DNA of 64,000 nt from Cycas panzhihuaensis. Taxonomy: Eukaryota; Plantae; Cycadophyta. A model generated the notes under the pieces. That model had not been told where the DNA came from. It did no database searches and worked only from the letters and a program-made list of their open reading frames with translations. The DNA lies in assembly GCA_023213395.1 (NCBI GenBank), contig CM041465.1, positions 78,685,741-78,749,740 on the forward strand, written 5' to 3'. The position numbers and the translations under genes were made by a program. Numbering within the stretch: position 1 is the stretch's first letter; each line of letters opens with the position of its first letter. This document shows positions 41,371 to 53,301 of the stretch, piece by piece.

Positions 41371-41505
41371 TAGATTTCAGAGCTCCATAGAAAGGATTTT
41401 AACTCACTTGTTTGAGGTCAAATTTGACTAATTCCATTTGCATTGGAATCCTTGATCGCGAGTCTACATTCTCAAGTAAGATAAATTATCCGCACCTATG
41501 AGATG

Positions 41506-44500
41506 TGAAAAGGGTTAATGACATAAGGTCATTACATTAGTTGATTATTTCGAAAAAGGGTCTTAAGTGAACTTTAAATTAGATCACTTAAGTAAAATGC
41601 ACTTTCATATGCATTATGTGTAATTTCATTTAACCTAACTCTAATGCCCCCTCTCTCAATATAAAAGCAAAAGCTCAATGGAGGAGATTCATTCTTACCT
41701 CCCCATTTTGTGAGAGCTACTTTCTTTCTCTCAAGTCTCTCTTGCTCCCATGTTTGCCTTTGTGTTTAGTGCATGGAGATGAAGGATAGATCCACTCATT
41801 TCATGTGGTATCAAAGCTTGCTTCCTTCATATTCCCCATTTGCGCTTGCAATGGAGCCATCACTTCTTTCTCCCCCACAATCCATATGGTGAAGGAGATT
41901 GTGAAAGTGAATTTAGAAATATTTTCAAGTTATTATGATAGCATATTTTGTATTGTTTGCTTTTCCTTTCTCTTTTGCAGGTTTGAAAGCATAATACAAG
42001 GAGTTGTAAGGCCCAAGGATTCCAATCCTTTGCTGGCATTCATGCTATCTCATTCTTCCTTTTTCTTTTCCCTTTTTTGTCCATTTAACAAGGGGAAATG
42101 CTGCCGAAAATTTTTCAGCATTTAGAAGAATGATTGTAAGGGGAGGTTTTACCCATTTTTTTTAAAGAATTTCAAGACATTTAAAATATCTATCATTGTA
42201 TGCTCTCACCTTGCCCATATTGGAATCCTGGTGATCAAAAAATGATGGAAATTTCATATGGTATCATGTGTTAATGAAATATTAGCAAGCTGAAATTTCT
42301 GCAGAAATACAATTTGATTGCTGAACTTCACAGGTCTGCAAAATCTTCTACAGAGATCTAATTGAAGTGATTCTAATTGTCAAAGATGGGGCTCTGAATC
42401 TACTTTCCAGCGCAAAAACCGGCACCTAATTTGGATGTCGTATGAAGAAGTTATTGCTGTTTTAGTGAACAACAGTTATTTTTAGTAAGAATTCTGAAAA
42501 AATATAATTTCTTAACTTTGTAGGGCTGTCAAAAACTTTCCAGAACTCATTTGGACCTGATTCCACTTCTTGAAGATGAAGCTCTGAGTCTAATTTGCAG
42601 CACAAAAACCGGCACTCCATTTCAACATCGTGGGAGAAAGTTATTGCTGATTTAGTGAACAGTACTTTTTTTGTATTAACAAAAAAAAGGAAAAAGAAAA
42701 AAAAAGTGAAGAAAATTTCTTCCTTTTTATAAGGCTTAAAAGCCCATTGTAAAAGTGAGAAAAAAACACCTGGATCGGAGAAATATCCGGTGTCCTCACT
42801 CACTTATTAGCATTGCATTTCAGCACTCTAAAATCACTGAAAGCAAGCACTCCAAAGACACTTCAAGCAAGCACTCCAAAAGCACTCCAAGCAAGCATTA
42901 TTTTCAGTTAAATGTACGTTTGATGCAATTCGATAATCTTTTCACTCTTCCTAAAAGGAACGTATCACATACACTATTTTCCGCCATCTTGTACCTATTC
43001 ACACACTTGCCAAGGTTTAGATACCTTGGTTGGCAGAATGCCGTGCCATAAAGGAGATGTGGGTTTCAAGTTGGGACTGGACTAAACCGGAATATTGGTG
43101 AGGTTTGGTTAGCCATACCATCGTGCCTCAATCAGGGATCATCCTGATAACCAACCGGGAAAACTGAAACTTTAATACAAGATTAAAATATACCCGATCC
43201 AATATCCATCATAGCCATGGGTATGCATGTATCACTCTTTAGAGGAGGTATATAGCTGCTCATTGGTGAACTGGGTGAGGATTGGGAGTACCTGGTTGTA
43301 GACTTGGATTTCATCACCAAGCACGATTGCAGTATCATGGTGAAGGCCAACTTAATTCTACTAGAAGCCTAGGCATCCCTTCAACAACCTCAACTACACG
43401 TTAGACACAAGTTAGAGGTTATTGGGTTGATTACGCATCCTACATTTGAGTTTCAAGTTATGTAAACCCAATGATGTCAACTTCTACATTGGCCTACAAT
43501 CTTGTATATTGATCACTTACTTATTTGTAAAAAGTGATCCATAGTGTAATCACAATCATAGTGCTTCTCATATTCCTGCTGCGTCAGGTTAATATTTGCC
43601 ACAAGTGTTAGTGGCCAATTTTTATCATAGTGCTTCTCATATTCCTGCTGCGTCAAGTTAATATTTGTCACAAGTGTTGGTGACTTTTCTCTAAGTTGCT
43701 CCCTTCATCTTTAAGCAACCATTCTCACTTCTTCTTCCTTCTTCTACACTACTTTATTACATTTCCCATTTGTAAATAGTGATCGGTCATTTATTGCCAT
43801 CACTTTTATAGTCCCTTATTCATTTCTTCCCTTTTAAAAAGACACAATGTTTCATAGTTCAAGGAAAATGTGAACTGCATTCTAAAAGGGAAAGAAAATT
43901 GGGACATGTGGTTAACTGGTGTCAGAAATGCTGCAAAGTATGAAAGTCTATGGAGAGATCACTTACAACCTACACCACTGCTGACTACCATACTACCACA
44001 AGCTTCTTGAGGAGGTGCTCCAACCGCTCCCATCAAGGCTGCAGCTAAACGCCAATGGGAACTTGATGATGATATAATCCGCAGGATATCGCTTGTCACC
44101 GATTATTCCTGCATAATCTCATTGATGAAGCCGTATGATACAAAGATGGAAAGTTCTTGAAGTTCTTAAGAAGAACTTTGACACTAAATCAGACTTAGAA
44201 TTTGTTCACTTAGTGCTGAAGATGAACAAATTGAAAATGCAGAAAGGACATGCAAGTCAGACAATCAATCTCCTTCGTCCAATCAAGCAAGCCATTGATA
44301 AAGATTTTAAAACTCAATGCATTACATGGGCTTTCTTGATTTAGTTATATCTCCATATCCCAGATTATAAAAATCTATTGGGGAGTTTTCAATCTAGTGG
44401 AACTTTGAAGACCCTAAACTTTGAGGATCTTGCTGATAAGTTCATTGAATTTGATAAGACCTTTGATACCAACTTTGCCACTACATCAGATCCAGTTGAT

Positions 44501-45127
44501 GCTGCTTTTGAAGTGGAAGAAGATCTTTGTTACACCAAAAATCAAGGTCAATACTCTCAGAGGTGGTAATTCCGTGGAAGAGGAAGAGGTAGACAACAAG
44601 GACAACGCCCTCTTAGTCAACAGGCTCCTCAATTCCAACAAAATAGCCTCAAGGCCAAGGCCAAAATAATCAACTCGACCTAGATCCAGTATTCAGAGAC
44701 AATCCAACCAGCCCAATACTTGGACTGGAAATCAAACAATCGTGTGCCAAAGGTGTAATAGAAGAGGACATTATGCCAAAAATTGCAGAACTGCCACCAA
44801 CAAACTACCAAGTTATCAACAGCACCATGGTGCAGATAATGTTGATAATACTTTTGAAGATGCTTTTGGTGGAATGCAATTTGCTCATGCACACCTTCAA
44901 AGAATTGGGACCACTTCATCAAATGTTGTTGATAGATCCACTAAGTATATTGAGGCTCATTGTGGCTATGTTTATTCACTTTTGCCTTCACCACTTGGAG
45001 TTGCAAATAGTGCTACCTCAAATACTTCATCGTGGATCATGGATACTGGAGCAACACAACACATGACTTGTCATCGCTAGTTCTTTCAAGATTTTGACTC
45101 TGAAGTTCGTGGTGTTGCACACATGGC
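41506..45127 (+). mobile_element. Copia E (same family as F), 3'-truncated
   Basis: LTR 41506-41803 matches the F LTRs; PBS TGGTATCAAAGC 41806-41817; leader and gag collinear with F; stops after the protease motif. Confidence 0.92.
43847..45127 (+). pseudogene. Copia E gag and protease start
   Basis: CQRCNRRGHYAKNC zinc knuckle; SSWIMDTGATQHMTCH. Confidence 0.9.
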
Positions 45128-46000
45128 CTTTTCGAACCTCCTTTCCCTCGAGCAACCTTAATTGTCGTGCACTGACCGTATGGTCCGTTGGTCCCCTAGG
45201 GAATGCACCAAGCTTAAGGTTAATTTAGAGGCAAGGTTTGAACTTTTTTTGAGCCTCTCCAACAGATTTTAAATTCACTTTTAAACAAGTCTAAGTGAAT
45301 CTTCTTACTTGGATTTTTTTATGCCTTTTGGCTTACAAAGAATGAGCACAAAACAGATTTCAAGTGCTTTAGATCCAAGTGAGGTGCTATGTATGCTTGA
45401 GTACAATGATAAAGTACTTTGAGTACTTAAAGAAAATAATGTAAGGAACCTTTGATGACTGAAAAGAGGGTTCCTTTTAACCTTCAAAATCTGATGAAGT
45501 GATGAAGTCACAAGAAAAGTGTACTCAAGAAATGCTCCAAAGGCCAACACAAGCTCCACGCAGCAGCTGTTGAGACTTAAAATGTCTCAACAATCCAACA
45601 AGAAAATTGTGATTTTATTAAGTTTCACAATGAGCCTTCCCTTTTTTTGAAGTGAAGAAGGCCAAGGTCACCATGCAAGGTGCCAAAAACTGAAGTTAGG
45701 TGGTAATTTTCTTCACCTTTACAATGTAAATATTCCTTTTGATTACATTAATTAAGCTCAATGATGCTTCAATAGCAAGAAAGTGTGCTAAAAGAGCTTA
45801 AAACAGTAAGTACAAAAGTACTTTTGAGAATCAAGACTGCCAAAAAAAGATTTTAAGTAGGCCTAGCTATAAAGACTTAAAGTCTTTTTAAAATTCCCCC
45901 CTTGAGAAAATTTAAAAAAAATCTCTTAAAACCTTTTAAAAAAAAATGATTCATATGAGCATATTGTTCAAAATATGCTAAGAAGAGATTGATTTTAATC
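45127..46000 (-). mobile_element. Fragment of a D-family 5' leader, opposite orientation to the adjacent RT
   Basis: CCTTTTCGAACCTCC...GGTCCCCTAGGGAATGCACCAAGCTTAAGG matches 32663-32753 in the same + orientation as minus-strand D. Confidence 0.85.
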
Positions 46001-46053
46001 TTGAAATTTGAGCCGAGCAACGTGCTGATCGGGCAATGACATTTGTCGAATGC

Positions 46054-47500
46054 TGACTTGGTCGAATTGCCTCCACACAAACAGTAATCAATCGGGTTGT
46101 AAATGGGTCTACAAGACCAAATTCCATTCTGATGGGACACTCAAGCGACAGAAAGCAAGACTTGTAGCAAAGGGGTTCAAACAAAAGGAAGGAATTGATT
46201 ACGAGGAGACCTTTGCACCTGTAGCAAACATGAACACCATCAGACTTCTCTTGGCCTTAGCTGCACAATGCAAATGGCCCGTATATCAGATGGACGTGAA
46301 GAGCGCCTTCCTCAACGGCGATCTTCAAGAGGAGGTATACTTGGAGCAACCTCCTGGTTACAAGGAACAAGGCAAGGAGCATTTGGTATGTCGCCTCAAG
46401 AAGGCTTTGTATGGCTTGAAGCAAGCTCCTAGGGCATGGTACGCAAAAATCGATGAATACTTTTTGAGACATGGGTTTCATCGATCCACATCTGATCCAA
46501 ACTTGTACATCAAACATGAACATCACCATGTCATTTATATTGCCTTGTATGTAGATGACTTAGTGATCACGGGTGATGACACTAAGCTCATCAATGTTCT
46601 CCAAGATGATTTGAAGAGAAGTTTTGAGATGCCTGATCTTGGACTTCTCCATTATTTTCTAGGCTTTGAGGTATGGCAGCAGCCAAGCTATATCTTCATT
46701 TCCCAAGCAAAATATTCTTGGGACATCTTGCAGAGATTCAGGATGCACGACTGTAAGACGGCGCCTACACCCATGGAGAACGGCACCAAGCTTTCTCTTA
46801 ATGAGGAAGTCGAACCAGGTAATTCCACTCTCTATCGACAGTTGATTGGCGCTTGATATATCTCACCAACACTGCCCGGACATTTCATTTGCGCTTGGGA
46901 TTTGCTCTCACTTCATGTCTCAACCCAATCAAGCATTGGCAAACAAAGAAACGCATATTCAAGTATATCAAAGGAACATTGCGGCTTGGACTTGAGTATG
47001 TACATAAGGAGAACTTCACTTTGAGGGGTTCTCGATTCGATTAGGCGGGATGCCGGGATAGCGGAAATCTACCTCGGGTTCTTGCTTTTACCCTTGGTTC
47101 AAGAAATTGTTTCATGGAGTTGCAAGAAACAACCAAATGTTACCTTGTCCTCCACTGAAGGAGAATACAAAATGCGGTCAGCGACTTGTGAGGCTATCCG
47201 CTCGACGGATTCTTGATGAGCTTGGGTTTCAAAGCGGTGACCAGCCTTCATTGTGACAATCAGAGTGTCCTCAAGCTAACTAAGAATCCTGTTTTCCACG
47301 CACGGACCAAGCATATTGAAGTTCACCGCCATTTCATCAGGGAGCATGTACACAGTGGTGAGATCACACTTCAATATCGACCAACGGAGCAACAGACGGC
47401 AGATATCTTTACCAAGCCACTTGGTAGAGACAAGTTTGTAAAATTCAGAGATGGTCTTGGTGTCCAACTTAACATTGTAAACAGTAAGGGGGGGTGTTAA
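46054..47500 (+). pseudogene. D-family Copia G RT and RNase H
   Basis: [26 protein letters not shown]...[10 protein letters not shown]...IVNSKGGC, close to the D protein. Confidence 0.93.
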
Positions 47501-47987
47501 ACCTTATGTTTAAATGTTAAGTTAATGTACTTTTATTTTTCATGTAATATATGCACTTTTACTTTAGGGGTGACTTATCACTTAAGTGATAAAGTGCACA
47601 CCCACATTCTTTCTAGTGACACAACGTTGTCACTAAAGGGTCAAATGGACTCTCATGCACTTTTGCTTGATCCAAGTCATGTATCTTGGATGTTTGACAC
47701 TTGTCAAACATCCAAGGCCTTAGGTCTCTCATTTCACTCTATATAATGAGACCTCTCCTCATTGTCTAAAAGGAGAGTTGGAGTTGTATTGTTATGCTAT
47801 CAGTTTGCTAATCAAACTGTTTCTTCTTGGGAGGTTGGACCAATTCCAACTCCACATATTGGGTATCATTTTCTCTTGCTCCTATTTCTCTTTGTGTCCT
47901 TTATACTTTCATGCTTTCATGCATTTGTAGTATTATGCTTGTACTTATGATCTTGGGACTAATGTGGCCTAATGCCCATTTTTCATA
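47495..47987 (+). repeat. 3' LTR of Copia G (D family)
   Basis: Follows PPT AAGGGGGGG; TGTTAAACC...TTTTCATA is the reverse-complement homolog of the D LTR, about 60 bp shorter. Confidence 0.9.
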
Positions 47988-50900
47988 GAGGATTTAGGTC
48001 TAGGGTTGGGGTTATACTTTCATCATTCTTTACACTACTTCCTATGTTATCGTTAGTATTCATATAATCAAAAGATTTAAAATTAATATCAATATCATCA
48101 ATTACATTTTTGGAAAGTAAATTACACCTATAGGATGAAGGGTTGACTTCATATGCATCCTGCAACCAGTAATCCACAAACTTTGCCCTGTTCTCATCGT
48201 CGAAAGAGTTGTAGATTTCCCCAAAGTAGGTGAGTTCTGTCTCTTGAGAGTTTATGAACTTGATCGATTCTTCGGTTGTATGATACAAGTTGCCTTCATC
48301 AAAAGAGGATGTTGTTTCTTCGCTTGCGATGGTTGTACTGGATGCATCATCTGGTGTCACCTCAATGGAATTCTTCCCCAGCATTGGAAGGACCACTTCG
48401 CTTCCTCCATCTGATAATGTGAAGGTCACATCCCTCCAACCTTGGAGACATTTGGTTTTATACAACCATGGATGACCCAACAAGGTTGGATAGGGTATTG
48501 TCCTTTCTCTGTTTCCACAATGGTAAAATCTATTTTGATTGCTATTCCTACCACGTCCACTTTTATGTTTGCCAACTTTCCAACTGGTCTTACTAATAGT
48601 TCATTTGTTAACTTCAACAAGTATGTCACAGCCTCCAGCTTAGGACTCCCTAACTTCTGCCATGTTGTGGTGGGCAAGACATTCACCACTACTCCCCCGT
48701 CCATAATCACCTTTGAAAAATTTTTCCCCAATACCTTGATTGTGACCATAGGATCCAAGTCAAAGGATGGCATTATCTTTTTTCAAGCTTTTTATAATTT
48801 TCCCTTGTTGTAGTATTCTGGCCTTAATCCAATCTATTACCTGATATAAAGGGGTTGCTAATTGTAATTGTTTTACCAGATTCTCCATTAGCAAAAGCAT
48901 CTAAGGGATATCCTCCATTGGTAACCCTTTGAACAATTCTTCTGCCTGAACCAACTAAGGTTGCATATTTGGTTCCTCTGTTTTTCTATCCTAAGGTTTA
49001 TTTTTTCTGACGTATAGATATTTCATCTCTAGTTTGCCCATTGGTAACATTGTTTTGGTTTGTTACTAGGCTAATTTTTCCAACACTTGTTTTGCTTGCT
49101 TAAAGCGATCAATTTCCACTTTAGTGTTTGGATATTCTCCACTTGTTGCTTCTTTCCCTTTATGTTTATTCTGAAGTTTCACATTCTTACCATTATTAGA
49201 GATAATAGTCATCAAATTACTTGTCTTGGGTTTTCCCTTTCATTCTTCCATCTTGTGCTCACTTGGGCCACAATTGTTGCATATGCACGGTTTATGCTCA
49301 TTGTCTTGTTTGGTTGGGCAATCTGACTTCCAATGCCCAAATTGCAAACAAATCAAACATCTTCCCATTGGTTGCTTCTTCTTTGAGGTTTCTGGCATGC
49401 TTCCTCTTCCCCAACCCCGTCCTCTATAACTTCTCCCTCTAGGGTCACAGAAACGCACCTTGGTGTTCTGACTATCCATGTCACATATGCGGCACCACTT
49501 ATCTCTTTGATGCATCGCACTGTTCTTTGGGTTAATTTTGCACTCTTTAGTTGTATACGAACTTTCTTCGCATATGTGACACCACTTTTTAATTTTACAT
49601 TCTTGGTCTTTCTTTTTCTTAGCTTCTTCTTCTTCTTTCTTATTTTTCATTCTTAGTCTTGCTACTTCCTTCCTTAAAGCTTTGATTTCTGATTCTTCCT
49701 TTAATATTCCCATTTGATAGAGGGGTCGATTATGTTGATTTTGTTTTATCTCTCTTATCTCATCTTGTAATCTAAGTAATAGGGGGTCATGTCCTCCCGC
49801 TTGGGCATCCATCTCGGCTTCAAAGTCCAGTGCCAACTCTTGAGCATTTTTAAATGATTTTAGAGGATGTGCATGCATCATAGATCTTAATTTCTCATTC
49901 AACCCTCTAACAAAGTAGTTCTTGATGTCGTGATCTGTAATTGTCTCATTGATCATATTAGAAGAGATTATTTTCATCTGACTAATGTAGGTTAACACTG
50001 ATTCGCCTAGCCTTTGTATGATCTCCCTAAGAGTGATCTCAATAGTCTCATTGTTCCAAAATTTCTAAAATCTCTCATCGAATGACTTCTTTATGTTTGT
50101 CCAGGTTTCCTTTTTATCCAACTCCTTGTACCATACCAATGGTACTCCACTTAGTGTACAGGCAAATCTTGCCTTAATCTCATCCTCATCTGTAATTTTT
50201 TTCATGTCCATCAAATTTTGGATTAGGTACACATGCTCCACCGCATATGATGTGTCATTAAAAATTAGTTTTCTAAAATCCCTTGAGTCGTCCATCCTTG
50301 GCGATTACACTAGTGTCCTTCCCAGTGGTTGTGACCTTTCTCATTCTGATTTCTTTGAAGATTCCATTCCTTTTTTTTCACTCTTCACTTTGGATGATGT
50401 ATTTGGTATGTTTGGTGCAACACTGTCTCTCCCAAATAAAGGATTTTGAAATGGTGTTTTTAAATGAATAGGTTAGGGTATTGTTGGCACTTATACCATT
50501 AATGATGTGACCACTAGATATGATTGTTCGGACCCCTTGTCCAATGAATCTTCAAACAATTGTCTTATTATCTTATTTTCCCAATTCGCCGAGGGACCTT
50601 TCTCTACCTTATTCTCATTATCACTTAGGTCCTTCGATGTATCATCTACATTTGTATATTTCTCCTTCTCTAGGGTTTCTTTTTCATTTGTAACTTTACT
50701 TTATTTCACATTTCTGTTTGAATTTTCCTCCTTTTTTGGGCTTAAAAGGTCATATTTAATTGGGACAGGTGTTAGTACCATTTGCTTGCCATTTCTTTCC
50801 TCTCCTTGTTCTTGAGGTGTCTGGGCTCCACTTGCTTCAGATTCTTCAACAAACTGTCCCTTAGTCTCGTTATTATGTAGACTCAATTTCCTCACCCTTC

Positions 50901-51060
50901 TCAATTTTGATTCCTTTTACCATCGTAATGCCCTTTCTCTGCTTGTTTCTTTCCCTTTAGGTGAAGTACCCTTTTGTGGCTCTCCTGCCTTCAAAGGCCT
51001 CTTATGTGGAATTGGAAGGTCCCCTGGCTGTCAAAGGCTTAGTTATAGCCTGCCATCATG
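47988..51060 (-). pseudogene. Gypsy H gag-protease with four zinc-knuckle-like motifs
   Basis: FACTLSGVPLVWY..TWTNIKKSFDERF; YFVRGLNEKLR; four CX2C knuckles in ORF 49240-49998. Confidence 0.88.
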
Positions 51061-52084
51061 ACGACAGCCAAGGTTCCTTGTTCTTCAAACATTCTCCCCT
51101 TGTAAAACTCTTGGCCCAGTCCCTCCTTAGTGAATGTAGGCAACGAAACCAATGTTGGCTTAAAAGGTTCACTACACTTGTGAAAACTGACACTTGTTAA
51201 AGGATTAGTGGTTGTTGGTTTAGCTTAGAATATGGTCAACATGTTTCTTTTTTCATTAACTATCATTAAGGTTCTCATGCACACAATGGTATCACACATT
51301 CATCCTTAATTCATCACAATATCATCATAAATTCCACACAGCAATACACCAATCCACATATATTCCATTACATAATCATTATGGCACACATAAGACACAA
51401 TATTCCACGTAACTCTTCACTTTTTTAAACAATAGGGCTAATATATTCAGTTCTAGAACATATCCTACATACGTTCCAGCCGTATATACAAGATTCTATC
51501 CACATGCATTCCAAAATGGAATGTATCACGCAAAGCATCTACTGAATCCCTAATCCGTACTATCCTCCTTAGTACTTTGGATACCATACTGCCTCATGGA
51601 TTGAATACTTGGCTCGCACTGCTAGAATGATCCTCAAAGTATCATTAAATATGTCCTTTTGGTGCCTCTTGAATGAAGGGTTATGACTCAAAGTCATAAC
51701 CGTACCTTTTTGTCACTAAGGTTCCCTTTCACTTAAACACATGATAAAGTCTCCTTAATGGTGTCTTTTTTGTCTGTAAATCTATACGTACGTTTGTTTA
51801 GGCTGACTTCATCGCATCTAGGTGCTTTTGGATCAGATCTATTCATGCATACCTTTTTGTCTACTAGCGTACATGAAACAGTATGCACCCTATGTTGCAT
51901 ACCCGAAAAGGTACATACTTGTCATATCTACCCAAATTGCACGCAATCTACCTTTCTTCACTATGCATACCTTCGTATGGTTTGTACCTACATTCCAATG
52001 GTGAATACAATCTTGCATTCCATCTTCCTCATAGTCTATGTGCCAAAATATACCCCAAGACATGCTAAATAAAAGGCATGAACA
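47988..52084 (-). mobile_element. Gypsy H (Athila-like), 5' part: LTR 51153-52084, PBS, gag, protease
   Basis: PBS TGGTTTCGTTGCC (tRNA-Asp-like) at 51139-51151; LTR TGTTGG...GAACA; protease VIMDGGVVVNVLP and LGHPWL; interrupts the gag of I. Confidence 0.82.
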
Positions 52085-53004
52085 TGATTCTGTGGGTTCT
52101 CTCCTTGTGTTCCTTCAAAGTGTGGCAAAGGAGGAATAACAAGGGAAAGAGGGGTCATTTAAATATCTATTATGATAGGGCTATTCATATAACCCATATG
52201 GGATTTATGATAGCTTTGAGTAGTCGCACCTATGGTAAGATATGAAGTGCTAGGTCCTGTTGGATTACTTTCTTGTGGAGGAAATCCAGGAGGTGGATTT
52301 TGTTGGGCAAAAGTTGATTAAGAGACATTCACACTAGGCCAACCAGATTGAAGACCTTGTGGAAGAGGGTTCAAATATGGATTAGCATATGAGGGTGTGA
52401 AGATAGGACCAACTTGTGATTGTGTTTGTGAAATTTTGAGAGCCAGACCTAGAAGCAAATGCTTGAGGGTTGAGTGCCCCCAGGGGTTTTAATGCCCCCT
52501 TAGGGTTTTTTGGCCAAATAATATGTGATGGGGTAACCAAAAAAGAGGGGCCAACTCCAAAGTGAGAAGAAGGACATGCTTGGGAAGCTGGATTGTTGAA
52601 TGACACTAGAAGCAGTTGAAGAAGTTCCTTAACATTAACTTGACGGGTTTGATACCCTAAAGCCATAAATTGAAGGTTCTTGCCTTAATTTAACAAGGTA
52701 GAAAGAGCAACAATTTCTTCAGTGGGCCAAACTAGTGGAAACTATAGTAGTAACTTGAGATGAGACTTGTTGAAAGTTTGATTGTGGAACTCTTGACTGT
52801 GGGATTCCAACACTAGACCCACTTGGTTGAATGCTTTGGGTAAAAGGATTCAAGAAAGGAGGAGAAGTATGTGAAGGCATAGAAGAGGGGCCAACATATG
52901 GTCAGTTTGCAGAATTTACATTTGAATTGATTGTATTTAAGGGTTAGATGCCCCCAAGGGGCTTTGTGACACAACAATTTGTGATGTAGGAGGTTGAGGC
53001 GTAA

Positions 53005-53301
53005 TGAAACGAGTTAATGTCACAAGGTCATTATATTAGTTGATCATTCCTAAAAGGGTCGTAAGTGAACTTTAAATTAGATCACTTAAGTGAAATGCGC
53101 TTTCATGTGAATTATGTGTAATTTCATTTCACCTAACTCTAATGCTCCCTCTCTCAATATAAAAGTAAAAGCACAATGGAGGAGGCTCATTCTTACCTCC
53201 CCATTTTGTGAGAGCTACTCTTTTTCTCTCAAGTCTCTCTTGCTCCCATGTTTGCCTTTGTGTTTAGTGCATGGAGATGAAGGATAGATCCACTCTTTTC
53301 G
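53005..53301 (+). repeat. 5' LTR of Copia F
   Basis: TGAAACGAG...CTTTTCG; TATAAAA box at ~53158. Confidence 0.94.

Noticed and set aside
48290-51200. Plus-strand ORFs
   Set aside because: Antisense shadows of H gag-protease.
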